From: the human T2T-CHM13v2.0 reference genome, Homo sapiens | Strand: one strand, 5' to 3' | Length of the DNA: 64,000 nt | Assembly: GCF_009914755.1 (NCBI RefSeq) | Contig: NC_060926.1 | Part shown: positions 12,758-25,905 of the stretch, in pieces | How the letters are laid out: the number at the start of each line of letters is the position of its first letter | How positions within the stretch are numbered: the first letter of the stretch is position 1 | The notes under the pieces: model-generated | Databases searched by the model: none | Seen by the model: only the letters and a program-made list of their open reading frames with translations | Told to the model about the DNA's origin: nothing | Made by a program: the position numbers and the translations under genes

Positions 12758-13329
12758 CTGTAGAGAAAAAAAGGAAAATGGCAAGTTGAAAGTATGTCTG
12801 AGGAGGCTGTCTGGAATAGTGGAGGCAGCCATTCAACTACGAGAGAGCAAGAAAGTCTCTCCAACTTTCCCAGAGCAAACCCTGTCAAGAACCCCTTGCC
12901 ATTACGATTGCAGGGGGCGTGTGAGGGTCAGGGGGACGCCAACAAAGGCCCAATCTGAGCTTCCAGAAATACCTGGTGTGTCTATCTTCTTAGCAACCAG
13001 TAAAACATTTATAATCTGTTACGAACTTGTCATTAGCTTTCATGAGGGATCTGTCTGCCATTTTTTTCTTCTAAATGAGCTAATCTAGTAACATGGAATG
13101 TCTAACCCCAGAGCAGACTTCAGAAACTTTTCCAGACACACAATAAAGAAATATTCAATGTGGAACAGGCTTACTGGTTTAAAACAAAACTAAACAAACA
13201 AACAAACAATACTTGCCTTCCAGGACCAGAAAACAAAATCAAAACAAAAAACTTTTCGAAATGAACTTTTCAGCATAAATAAACACATAAATTGAAAACA
13301 CATACAGTAAAAATTTAAACAAGGTGAAG

Positions 13330-13685
13330 GGGAGGAAGTACTGACACATGCTACAACACGGATAAGCCTCTAAAACATTACGCTGAGTCAAAGAAACCAG
13401 TCCCAAAGACCACATACTGTATGACGCCATTCACAGCAAAGTCAGAAGAGGGAACCGCAGAGACAGAAGGTAGGTTAATGGTTGCTTCAGGTGGGGGCTT
13501 GGGGGCTAGGGAGGTAACAGTTAAAAGGTACATAGGTATCCATTTGAGGTGATTAAAAAAATGCTCTAAAATTAACTGTGGTGGTAGTTGCATATATCTG
13601 TGAATACACTAAAAAACCCTAAATTGTACCCTTTAAATGGGCAACTTGTATGCTATGTAAATTATATCTCAATAAAGCTGCTTTA
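13330..13685 (+). mobile_element. L1MB-like 3' end
   Basis: Ends with aattatatctcaataaagctg. Confidence 0.75.
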
Positions 13686-14279
13686 GAAAAAGGTGGGGGG
13701 GATCTCTGGTTTTTTTATCTGAAAGGAATAAACCTACAGTGACAAATATATAGAGTAATCCAAAATAACCTGTAAATTAAAATAAGGAGCTAAGAGTTAT
13801 AAGCCAATAAAAATCCTCCTTTTATGTTAAATTCTAACTAAGAAAAATAAAAATTTAAAGTCAGAAAGCATAATTCAAACCCAGCCTTTTCCTTTTACAG
13901 ACAAAGAAGGAAACCTCTTGCCCAAATACAGTGATCAGTCCGCTGATTCTTGTCTCAAAGAAATCTAAATTTACCTATAATTGACAGGGCATATTATAAA
14001 GATTAGATATTGAAAACCTCAATGCTACTCCCACCAGGCAAGCACTAGATGAACAGGTCAATAAAAAGAAGCATTAAAGTAAACTTGGCTTCTATTTCTT
14101 CTGACACAGTACAGTAAATGGGAATGAACCATGGCCTGTTTTCTGTAACGTATTCATTCATTCAACATTTATTACTGATCACTTGCTCTACACTAGAAAT
14201 ACACAATGAATAACATTGCCACAGTCTCAGCCACCATGGATATTAATGTTATAAACCAACAGCAGCTAATATCTATTTA

Positions 14280-14490
14280 ACCCTTGTGAAGTGTCAGTAT
14301 CATGTCAAACATTTCACATGCATTACTTCACTTAATTCTGACAGCAACCCTATGAAGATATTACTATTCCCATTTTTCAGAGGAAAACACTGGAGAGAGA
14401 ATAACTTGCCTTTGATCAAATAGTGAAAAGCAAGTCAAGTTTTCAAACTCAGGCCTTTCTCAAGTCCAGAGCCCTGGCTTTTAAGTATTC
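14280..14490 (-). mobile_element. MIR
   Basis: MIR core reverse complement (cccatttttcagaggaaaacactg). Confidence 0.65.
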
Positions 14491-15119
14491 CACAACTCAC
14501 ACCCCACCCTCCCAATCAACTATTGCTTAAAAACAACAGCCCATTTAAAGAGAAAGTTTGGTCAGTAAGATGTTGGCCTACATTTAGAAATACAACACAC
14601 TCAAAACAGAGACTCAGAGGAGTCAGAGAGGCAAACAGGGGCTCTACTATCAAGATCAAAAGGCTAACAAGAATCATGGTTTGAACTGGATGGAGAATGT
14701 TAGATACTCCTTTATATCATTCTGTGAGCTCACCATATTTTCTCCTTGAAATGCAAAAATTTCTTCTTGAATGCAAAAATGTAAAAACTCTTTCTACCAA
14801 GGATCTCCAAAAATGGCTTGAAAGTAAATTCATGTTTCGACAGGACTAATGTGAGAGTATTTTTGAAGGGATTGTATTTGTTTGTCCAAGCATGCAGTGA
14901 TTCAAAACTACAGCAAAGTTTTTGAACAGTATCATCTGAAAACAGGAATACCAACCATCTTAATTTTAAATTAATTCCGTATTTCCCTTTATAATATTGT
15001 AAAAGTTTATAGAATTGAAGTTACCTATAATCTCATTATCTCATCCCATTAATTGTTATAAATTGTAACTTTTCCTCCAATGTTTATTCAGGTTTAATAA
15101 TTTAACAGTCACAGTGTAA

Positions 15120-15439
<320 letters not shown>

Positions 15440-15534
15440 CATTCTGTTTTTTTTCCTTTTTGAGCTAGGCTCTTGCTTTGTCACTCAGGCTGGAGTGCAG
15501 TGGCGTGATCCTGGCTCAGGAGCTATCCTGAAAC

Positions 15535-15910
15535 CTCCCAGGCACAGCCATGTTCCCTCTGCCTAGAATGATCTTCTCCAGGTATCCACGTGGCTTATAC
15601 CCTCACCTTCTTCAGGTCTTTACCCAACCCCATAAGTCACCTTTTCAGAGAGATCTTTCTGACCACCCTTTTAAAAACTGCATGTCCTCCCCCTTGCCCT
15701 ACTAACAACTTACCCTCTTTATTTTTCTCCACAGCACTTATCACCACCTAACATACTATGTTTTACTTTGCTTACTGTGTCTCCCCCCACTATAATGGAA
15801 GCTCCACAAGCACAGGATTTTGGCACATCTTGTTCACTGCTCCTATATTCCAAGACTTAGAAAAGCAACCGGCAGAGTAAGCGCATTCAGTAAATATAGG
15901 CAGAATGTTC
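15535..15910 (+). mobile_element. L2 3' end
   Basis: gttccctctgcctagaatg...cttgttcactgct...cagtaaata motifs. Confidence 0.7.
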
Positions 15911-16058
15911 AAATAAACTAAAGAAGGCTATAGCTTCACAATGTAGGTGTGAGTATCTCAGAAACAAAGTCTGATCAACTGGCATTTGATGGCAGGGCAT
16001 CCACAATTCCCATAGCAATAAGAAAACAACTGAAAGCTGTTCTTATAAAAAGTGGACA

Positions 16059-16352
<294 letters not shown>

Positions 16353-16721
16353 AAGTGGCCCATAGATCAAGAAAAATCACATACTTTACTTTTTAATACT
16401 GAATCTCTTAGCTGCTTAAATAAGCCCCACCTCCAAAATTAATTACGAGCCATTCAACCTTAACCACGTTTAGTAATTAAGTTCTTCCTAGTTTATTTCA
16501 ATTGCTCCAAATTTTTAAAGAGAAAAGTAAACATGATTTTCCCTCTAAAAGTTGGTTGTAACATTTTCCTTTTCTTCTACCTCTTAGGTTTGGGGAAGAG
16601 GGTGGAGAGAAAAGAGGATCCCCATAATTTTAATTTTTAAATGATAGAAATGTATGAACTTTTCCACTGTGATTTAGGACTGGAGACCAGTTTCAATCTG
16701 CAGTGACTCAATTCATTTGGC

Positions 16722-17025
16722 TTTTTGTTTTGTTTTGTTTATAGATAGATCTTACACTGTCACCCACGCTGGAGTGCAACGCATTGATCACAGCTCACTG
16801 CAGCCTCAATCTCCTAGGCTCAAGTGATCCTTCCGCGTCAGCCTCCTGAGTAGCTAGGACTACAAGTACGCGTCACCATACCCAGCTAATTTTTCTTATT
16901 TTTTTTTTAGAGACGGGGTCTCACTTTGCTGCCCAGGCTGGTCTCAAACTCCTGGCCTCAAGCAATTCTCCTGCCCTGGCCTCCGGAAACACTGGGATTA
17001 CCAGTGTGAGCCACCGCACCTGACC
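16722..17025 (-). mobile_element. AluJ element
   Basis: Full reverse dimer. Confidence 0.9.
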
Positions 17026-17419
17026 TCTATTTATTTCTAACGGTAAGCTAGACATCACCACCTACCTCCATGTCCTTCTGACACCTCACACTCATCATGT
17101 CCAAAATTCACTCCTAAGCCCATTCAGGAACACCCTGTCACTGTGAAAAGCACCAATTCACCAATCATGCTGAAGCCCTCCCTCCTCATCCCCAACATCT
17201 GTCTCATCTGAAAGGACAAACTACCACAACTCTGCATCAAGTTGCTCTGCAACTTCCTACTAGTGCCTCACAAAATTAAGTCCTTACATACTAGGCCCTT
17301 CATGATTTACCTCCATCCTCCACAGTCAAACTTACCTACCCAATGCTTCTCCTCCAGACCCCCTCCCTTCCTTCACTCTCACAGTTCCCTTTACCTAGAA
17401 TACCATTCTGCCATCTTAA

Positions 17420-17690
17420 TTGGGAGAGGAATTCCTAGATCACACAGTAAAATTACGTTTCCTTTTTTAACAAACTGCCAAACTGTTTTCCAAAGTGGCT
17501 GCGTCATTTTACCATTTCCACCACAAATGTAACATGTTTCGTTTCTCTACATCCTCACCAATACTTGTTATCATCTGTCTTTTTGATTCTAGGCATTCTG
17601 GTGGATACTAAATGGTACCTCATTGTGGTTGTGATTTGCTCTAATAACTGAAAATGTTAAACATCTTCATGTGCTTATTGGCCTCAATTT
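17420..17690 (-). mobile_element. L1M fragment
   Basis: aaactgccaaactgttttccaaagtggctg motif. Confidence 0.75.
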
Positions 17691-19309
17691 ATTTTTGACG
17701 CAATTCAGAGAAAGGTAAGGAAGATGCTTTTCAACCAATGGAAAATGCCATCCCACCAACTGCTTGCTGTCAAGCTGACTTACAAATCTCTACCTGTGCA
17801 ATTGTTACAGAACCACCTTTTCCATATTATGTTATTTAGTGCATGGCAAATTATTCACTTTACTTACTACTACAAATTACAAACATCTTCATCGTATGTT
17901 TCCAGGAAAGGAAAAAGCTGAAGTACTCCTAATTACCAAAGTCAGAGCACCTAGTTGGGAGGGCACCTGTCACAATCACTCAGAAATTTACAATTCATAT
18001 AAAGCCTACACAGTATCACTTCTTTTCAACATAGTTTAAGAAATCTTTAAGTAACTAAGAAGTTCAAATTCTCAAGAGAAACACGATTCACGAGGAGAGG
18101 TACTAGAAATCTGAAAGCCCTATCTATATCAAACTCATCGCAAGGTAATCTCTGCTGAGCGCCCATTTTATTACAATATGCCAGTTTTTAGTCGAAAAAT
18201 TTACTTTTTTCTTACTAAGCAACAAAACCTAGATTATGCTGAAGATATATTAAAAGAACATAAACCAAGTGTGGTGGTACACATCTGTAACCCCAGCCAC
18301 TCAGGGGGCTGAGGTGACAGGACTGCCTGAGCCGGGGAGTTCGAGATCAGGCTGTGCAACACAGCAAGAACCTGTCTCAAAAAATATTTTAAAAAAATAA
18401 ATAAAAGAACATCTACTACCACCAACAGAATAAACTGTGATATATTTATAAAATGAAATCCCACAGAAGAATAAGAGGATAAAAGGAATTAACTACTGAT
18501 ACGTACAACACGGACTAACCTCAAAAATATTTTTTGAGCAGCCAGACACGGCGGCTCACATCTGTAATTCCAACATTTTCAGAGGCAAAAGCAGGACGAT
18601 TACTTGAGCTCAGGAGTGAGTCTACAGTGAACTGTGACTGTGCCATTGCACTCCAGCCTGGGTCAGAGCTGGTTCCATTTACATGAAGTTCAAAAAAAGG
18701 CAAAACTATCTATTTATGATGATAAAAGTCAGAATAAGAAGGTGGCAGGGATTGACAGAGGGTACAAGGGAACTTCCTGGGATGATGTAACATCTTGCAT
18801 ATTGAGGGAGGTGTGGTTATACAGTACATGGGTTTGTCCAAACTCATCAAACTGTAACATTTAATATCCATACACTGGAGAATACATTTCATAGAAGCAG
18901 ATGATAGAAATGGCCATTTTCTCACATAATCTGTAAAAGAAGTGCAACACTGCTGACTATTCCTTCCTTACAAGTCATTACCAATTCGGTTTCAGTGAGA
19001 CCACACTGGTTTCCCTTCTCATCCGGACTATTCTTTAAACACATTCTCCTTCTCCACCCTTCCCTCATGTTTCTATACTCTAACTATAATCCAACCTTTC
19101 TTCCCTACAAATTACCACCTATGGGCTGAAGACACCCAAGTTTATTAAACTCCATATTCAAAAATCTAGCTGCTACCAAGCATGACATATCACAAACTCA
19201 ACATTTATAAACCCTAAACTCTTCCTTCCCGTTCCCACCGCAACTCCCCCACTAACCCCCGAAAAAAAAAAAAAAAACTTGCCCTTCTTATCTGAGATTA
19301 GAATCATCT

Positions 19310-19439
19310 GTTTTTGTTTTTAGAGACAGGGTCTCACTATGTTGCCCCAGGCTGATCTCAAACTCCTGGGCTCAAGCGACCCTCGGCCTCGGCCTTCCAA
19401 AGTGCTGTGATTTACAGGCGTGAGCCACGGTACCAGACC
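19310..19439 (-). mobile_element. FLAM/Alu left monomer
   Basis: Single reverse Alu monomer. Confidence 0.8.
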
Positions 19440-20253
19440 TGAAATCTTTCTTAAACATCTGCCTCTTGGGCAAGCTGCAGTGTCCCACAGAAAAAGGAAA
19501 TGAAGCAACAGTAATGGAGTATCCTTTACACCTCATCTGGGCCCCTCACTACTGCAGTCTAACTGCGTATCTCACCGACACTTCCCACACTTCTCTAGAG
19601 GATTAGGAGGGAATATACTATCTCAGACAGCTTCTGGTGAACAGTTAACACTTATCCAGAACCAACCACCTGCCCAAACTGCTAGTCACTTGACACACTT
19701 CATTTAATGTGTACTAACGCCGCCCTGGATGAAACTGAGCTCACAATAAATTAAATAACTTGGCCAAGGTCACACAATTAAAGCGGAAAACGCCATGATT
19801 TGAAAAGGCACGTCTGGGGCTCTAAAATCCCTCATGTTTACCCCCAACACATGCTGGAGAGTCAAACTCCAATTGGTAGAATCTGCGTGAAATGGAATAC
19901 TTTTCAGACAACCCAAACAACGAGCATCTGTCAAATATTTTACAATCGGGAAAGTGTAACCTCGCTGCATGCAACTTCCCTCCCTGGACGTGTTAAGTAA
20001 CCTGTTAAATTTCCCAACCCAGATCATAGCCCCCCAACCCCCTGCACCATGGTTTCTCTAAACGCCTTTATAGCCCCGCGCTCTCTAATCTCGAGCTCAA
20101 GTGAGGCTGCCTATGGGGCTCTGGCAGATGACAAAGAAACGACAAGGAGGCCGAAAGCCAGATGTCTTCGAATTGAGGGAGAAGGCCGGACCTCTGACTC
20201 GGGTCACACTGGGGACCCCCACAAACCATCCCTTTTAGACAAGTGACCCCGGG

Positions 20254-20266
20254 GGTCACCTTGACC
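20254..20266. promoter_or_regulatory. Perfect palindromic estrogen response element in intron 1
   Basis: GGTCAcctTGACC; COX7RP is known as an estrogen-responsive gene with an intronic ERE. Confidence 0.9.
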
Positions 20267-20507
20267 CCTGCAGTGAGCCAGACCAAACTTCCACGCCAGG
20301 CCAGCCCCCGCCAGGTGAGCAGGTACACAAAAAGAAGCCTCAGTGACCACCGTACGCTGGTGTGGAGAGGCCCCGGGAGGTGCAAGGAGAACAGAGACGA
20401 ACTCGACCGCGGGCAGAAGCCTCCCCTGGCTCCAACGCCGCGACTGCCTGTCGCCGAGGCTAGGGCCGCCACTTCTCATGTCCGAGCTGGCCAGGCGCCA
20501 CTCGTAC

Positions 20508-20579
20508 CTGCGGGCTATAGGCCTCCGAAGCCCATGCTCCTGCCAACTTCTGCGTGAAGCCACTAAACTTGTAGTACAT
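20508..20579 (-). CDS. COX7A2L: COX7A2L coding exon 1 (aa 1-24, MYYKFSGFTQKLAGAWASEAYSPQ)
   Basis: ATG at 20579 in context ggcgtcATGt; 72 nt; donor CAG|gtacga; recognised N-terminus of cytochrome c oxidase subunit 7A2-like. Confidence 0.98.
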
Positions 20580-20893
20580 GACGCCCAGAGTCCGGCTTCC
20601 CGCATCCGCTGCCAACGCGACCGCCCCAGAGAAGGACCCCGCCTCCCCGGCTGTGGTCCCGAGACTCAGCGCAAGGACCCGGTGCTGGGACTAGGGCTGC
20701 CCGAAGATCGCCTAACTTAAAACCTGCACACTTAAGCCGCATTGGGGAACCAAAAGCCAGGGTTCTCAGGACCACGAAAGGCAAAACCAGCTCTAAGAGA
20801 GCACGCAAAGTCGCTGTGGCGGAGTCTGTAGGAAATATGAAGTTCCCTCTTTCCCCCATTCAGATTTGGGCAGTGCCACGACAACTCAAGAAA

Positions 20894-20905
20894 TGCGCAA
20901 GCGCT
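20894..20905. promoter_or_regulatory. NRF1-like site
   Basis: TGCGCAAGCGCT matches the GCGCnnGCGC core; typical of nuclear OXPHOS gene promoters. Confidence 0.5.
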
Positions 20906-20908
20906 CCA

Positions 20909-20936
20909 CGGACTAAGCCCGGCGGACTAAGCCCGG
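20909..20936. repeat. 14-bp perfect tandem duplication
   Basis: (CGGACTAAGCCCGG)x2. Confidence 0.95.
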
Positions 20937-20969
20937 CAGTGTCGGAGTCAGGTGGAGCATGCTTTAGGA

Positions 20970-21041
20970 GGGGCGGGCTCCAGGCGGGGCCTGGGGGGGA
21001 GAGGGCGGTGATTGGTGGGCGTGGTCTGGGTAGGGGCGGGG
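20970..21041 (+). other. G-quadruplex-forming tract / GC-box cluster
   Basis: Nine runs of at least 3 G in 72 nt. Confidence 0.7.
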
Positions 21042-21819
21042 CTACATCGAAGCCGGTTGGGAATTCCACCATCCGAGAGAGTCTGTGCTGCGGAGCCACC
21101 GTCTGGTCGTCGGGTTGAAGGCGTCTCTTGCTTTACCGAACTTTAACTGATCGTAGTCTCATTTATTTCCTTCCGACCTAGAGCACCTCTTATCCAGAAG
21201 CCACCACCTGCTGTTGCTCAGTCTGCCCAGGAGTATAGACTTGTCGGCCAAGCTTCCCCTGGCAACCTGGGAGTTGAAGCAAATAAGAAAATTTGGAAGC
21301 ACCTGCTGAAGGCTGTTTAGTACCCAGGGCTGTTGGGAGATTTGCCCCAATAATATAAAAGTAGCCTCCTGGGCTTTGTGCAGAGGAAATACACATGCAG
21401 AGTGATCTAAAGCTCAGGTACCAGGATGTAAATGTCACACGGTTTCTCAGAACTGGTTTTTATTCTCACCTGAGTTTTAAGGTCATTGATTATTCATCCT
21501 TTTCCTGGCCTCTGCTCTTTGCGATAAATGAGGTAGGGGGAGGGTGATCAGAAACACTTGTAAAATCTGGACCTTGAGCCTGAAAGATCTGGAACTACCA
21601 CTTTCAGTTCTGGTAGTATTCGCTTCAGTTCAATTTAAATATGTCTGTTAAGCCTGTGCTGTGTGCAAGGTACTGTGTAAAAGGAGTATACTAGTTTCTT
21701 ACTCTCCAGGGATGGACTCAGGCTTTTCTTAGCTTCATCATCTAACCATAGGTTTACACAAGCATATTCTAGATGCACTTATGAAATCATGTTGCAAATT
21801 GATGGATGATACTAACCTA

Positions 21820-22000
21820 TATATAGCATTGCCCTAAACTCATTTAATCTTCACAACAATCCTATAAGGTAAATGCTATTATCATCTCCATTTTAGAATA
21901 CAGGAAAATGACGCCTGGAGAAGCTAAGTAACTTGCTCAGGTCAGGGATAAGTGGCAGAGCTAGGCATTTGGCTCAAGACTTCCTACTGTTAAGCACTAT
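21820..22000 (-). mobile_element. MIR
   Basis: ctcatttaatcttcacaacaatcctataaggt...aagtaacttgc. Confidence 0.75.
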
Positions 22001-22280
22001 GTTACAAATAAATAGATATGAAGCCATTCTGAAAAGAGGAGGATCAAGGCTGAGCATTCCAGGGTGAGGGTGTACACCAGCATCCTGGTTGCAGGCTTAC
22101 GTTCAAGAGCCCCAAGTATTCAGCACCGCCAATATGTTGTAAAGGTTTCAGCGAATTCATGTAAGCCAGCCCAAAGTTGCCACTTTTACAAAGAGACATT
22201 GTGATATAATGGAAAGAACATGCAATTTGGGTTTATGTCCATATTTCTCCAAGGATAAGTGGTTTGGGACTAGTGATTTC

Positions 22281-22592
22281 CTTTTTTTTTTTTTTTTTTA
22301 AATTCTTTTTGAAACAGGGTCTCACTCTGTCCCAGGCTGGAGTACAGTGGTGTGATCTCGGCTCATTGCAGCCTTGACTTCCCAGGCTGAGGTGATTCTC
22401 CTACCTCAGTCTCCCGGGTAGCTGGAACCACAGATGCGCGCCACCACGCCTGGCTAATTTTTTGTATTTTTAGTAGAGATGGGGTTTCACCATGTTTCCC
22501 AGGCTAGTCTCAAACTCCTGGGCTCAAGTGATCTGCCAAACTCAAGACTCCCAAAATGCTGGGATTACAGGCATGAGCCACCGTGCCAGGCC
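22281..22592 (-). mobile_element. AluJ element
   Basis: Full reverse dimer. Confidence 0.9.
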
Positions 22593-22703
22593 CACCCCAT
22601 GTTTTGATACTGAATAGATTCAGGAAGATTTTTCTACGACAAAAAGTTCGACTACCTCAAAAGAAAATGATCCATTGACATTAGCCTTCTTGAGTCCCAG
22701 GCG
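22593..22703. repeat. Inverted duplication arm A (partner 25478-25588)
   Basis: About 89% identical to the reverse complement of arm B, including a perfect 37-nt block. Confidence 0.95.
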
Positions 22704-23404
22704 CTAGCAAATATTGAGTGAAAGAAAAAGCCTTTCATAGAGTTTAGATTGAAAAGAGAAATTAAATGATTTGGGACAGCTACTGTCTCCATCCCACTGA
22801 CTTCTGGACATATTTTGGAAGAAGAAACGAAAGAATATTCTCTAACTTTTAGCAGCACTAAGGTGTACCAGCTTCTTTTATAAGGTGCCTGTCAACACTG
22901 GTTATTTTCTTAAAGTTCCTGCCATCTGATTTTAGATCCTGCAAGACATAAATTAAGAATCCTGAAAATGTTACAACAGCCAGGCTGTTCAGTGGGAGAT
23001 AAAATGTCAGTAGCAGAGTGTGGGTTGGGATGTCACATGGAATGGCTGATCATGGGAAGATTTTGTCTCATTTCCCAAATAAAACACAGCACACTCTGAC
23101 AGTACTAAGGCACCCTATTCTCATTCGTATTTGCATATCCCATCCAACATCAAAGACAATCTTTTTTTATCACGATCCCTTCAGGTTGTTCCCCACATTC
23201 TATTCTGAAGGGAAGTGACCACGACTCAGAGTAGAGAAGCTTGCCAATCACCAGGTGAACTGAGTGAGTGCAAATGCCAGTCCAGCTCCTGGTGAATCTG
23301 AATGCCGCTGCTTCTCCATTTGTGAGGGGTGTGTGCTAATGGCCTCTGGCAGGCCGCTCTGTGAAAGCGCCTGGGGAATGGATGGAAAACCAACATAAAA
23401 TTTA

Positions 23405-23863
<459 letters not shown>

Positions 23864-24730
23864 TTACCTTTTCCATTGTTGTTTATGTCTACTCTCTCTT
23901 TTTACATTTTCCCAACATTTAAAACTGCTTGATAACCCCAAGAAAAGCATCCCCAGTAAAATACTGGAAAGCAAAATGGAGTGCTAAACTCACTTTATGA
24001 TATTCAGAATGATGACACCTGCCATGCAATTATTCGGTAATTTTCATGTGGCAGAAATCTCAGCTGTCATCTCTTACTGTTTTTGTCAAATAAAGCCCTA
24101 TCTGGTGTGGAAATTTTATCTTCCAAGCCTGAAACCTAGATTATATTGATATTGAAAACCAAATCTTTCTTAAAGCATGGTGTTTTCATAGCTAAAGAGC
24201 TGAGGGTCTGAATGGCTCATTTCTCACCCAAAGGAGGGGAAATGGCAGCTGGGATTGCAGTTGCCGGGACAGCTTTATTGCGGTACAGGATGAACATATT
24301 GACATCAACTCCCTACTCTGACCTTCTCGTTGTTGAATGTCAATACAGTGTGTGAAACTGCCTCACTTTTGCCTGCCTGCTTTTCCTTATGTGCAAGTCA
24401 AAAGCACATCCACAGAGAATATGGATTTAACTCAATTTTGACACATCACATTTCATCTCACTGGTTAAGAAAGGCTGAGGTATGACTCATAATTTATTTT
24501 AAATCATTTTAAATACACTTAATTATGCATAGAAAAAAGTTGAGATCCAAAACCAGAGTCATGCTATTTTACATTGACATCATCTGTAAAATTACAGTAC
24601 ACACAGTTGTCTTATGCATAGAATGAAAGAATTAGCAGTGGCCTCCAGTTTGGGGGACGGGTGGTGGTTTCTCATCATTGAGGATTCCCACTCTCTACCT
24701 CACATACATCTGCAGTGTTGAAATATTTCA

Positions 24731-25120
<390 letters not shown>

Positions 25121-25477
25121 TTAGAATTTTAAAAATGCTTTCATGTACTTACACCCCCAAATTACCAGGTAATTTAGAATGTTCTTTAATCACCTCCTGC
25201 GTAGATGTGAGGGGCCTCTTAAGTGACAGTGTCCAAGTGTTAGGCCACAGGAAGGGTGACTAAAGGGCCATTCTGCCCATTACAGTTAACACTATAGTGG
25301 TTCTTCTTCCTAGCGCTGTTGGAGAAAAGAATGAATGAATGAACAAATGAATAAGAACAAACATATCACCTCCACACATTGCTGGGAGAAATGAGCAACC
25401 ACTCTGGGTAGTTACTTACATTAGTGCCCAGACAGCCATGGAAATTAGTGATCAAGTGGAAAAGATTAAGAACCATA

Positions 25478-25905
<428 letters not shown>

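Larger units (their letters stand above)
20050..21130. promoter_or_regulatory. CpG island / COX7A2L promoter
   Basis: High GC and CpG density spanning exon 1; GC boxes (GGGGCGGG at 20970 and 21033); CCAAT on minus strand at 21011-21015. Confidence 0.9.

Noticed and set aside
12681-13088. 135-aa + strand ORF overlapping exon 2
   Set aside because: Antisense shadow of the real exon; non-ATG start; no recognisable protein
19764-19772. CCAAGGTCA ERR/NR5A-like half-site in intron 1
   Set aside because: Part of a MIR-like motif (aacttggccaaggtcacac) that is common genome-wide
20049-21118. Several overlapping 65-134 aa ORFs in the CpG island
   Set aside because: Stop-codon scarcity in GC-rich DNA; only the uAUG-initiated ones are kept as regulatory hypotheses
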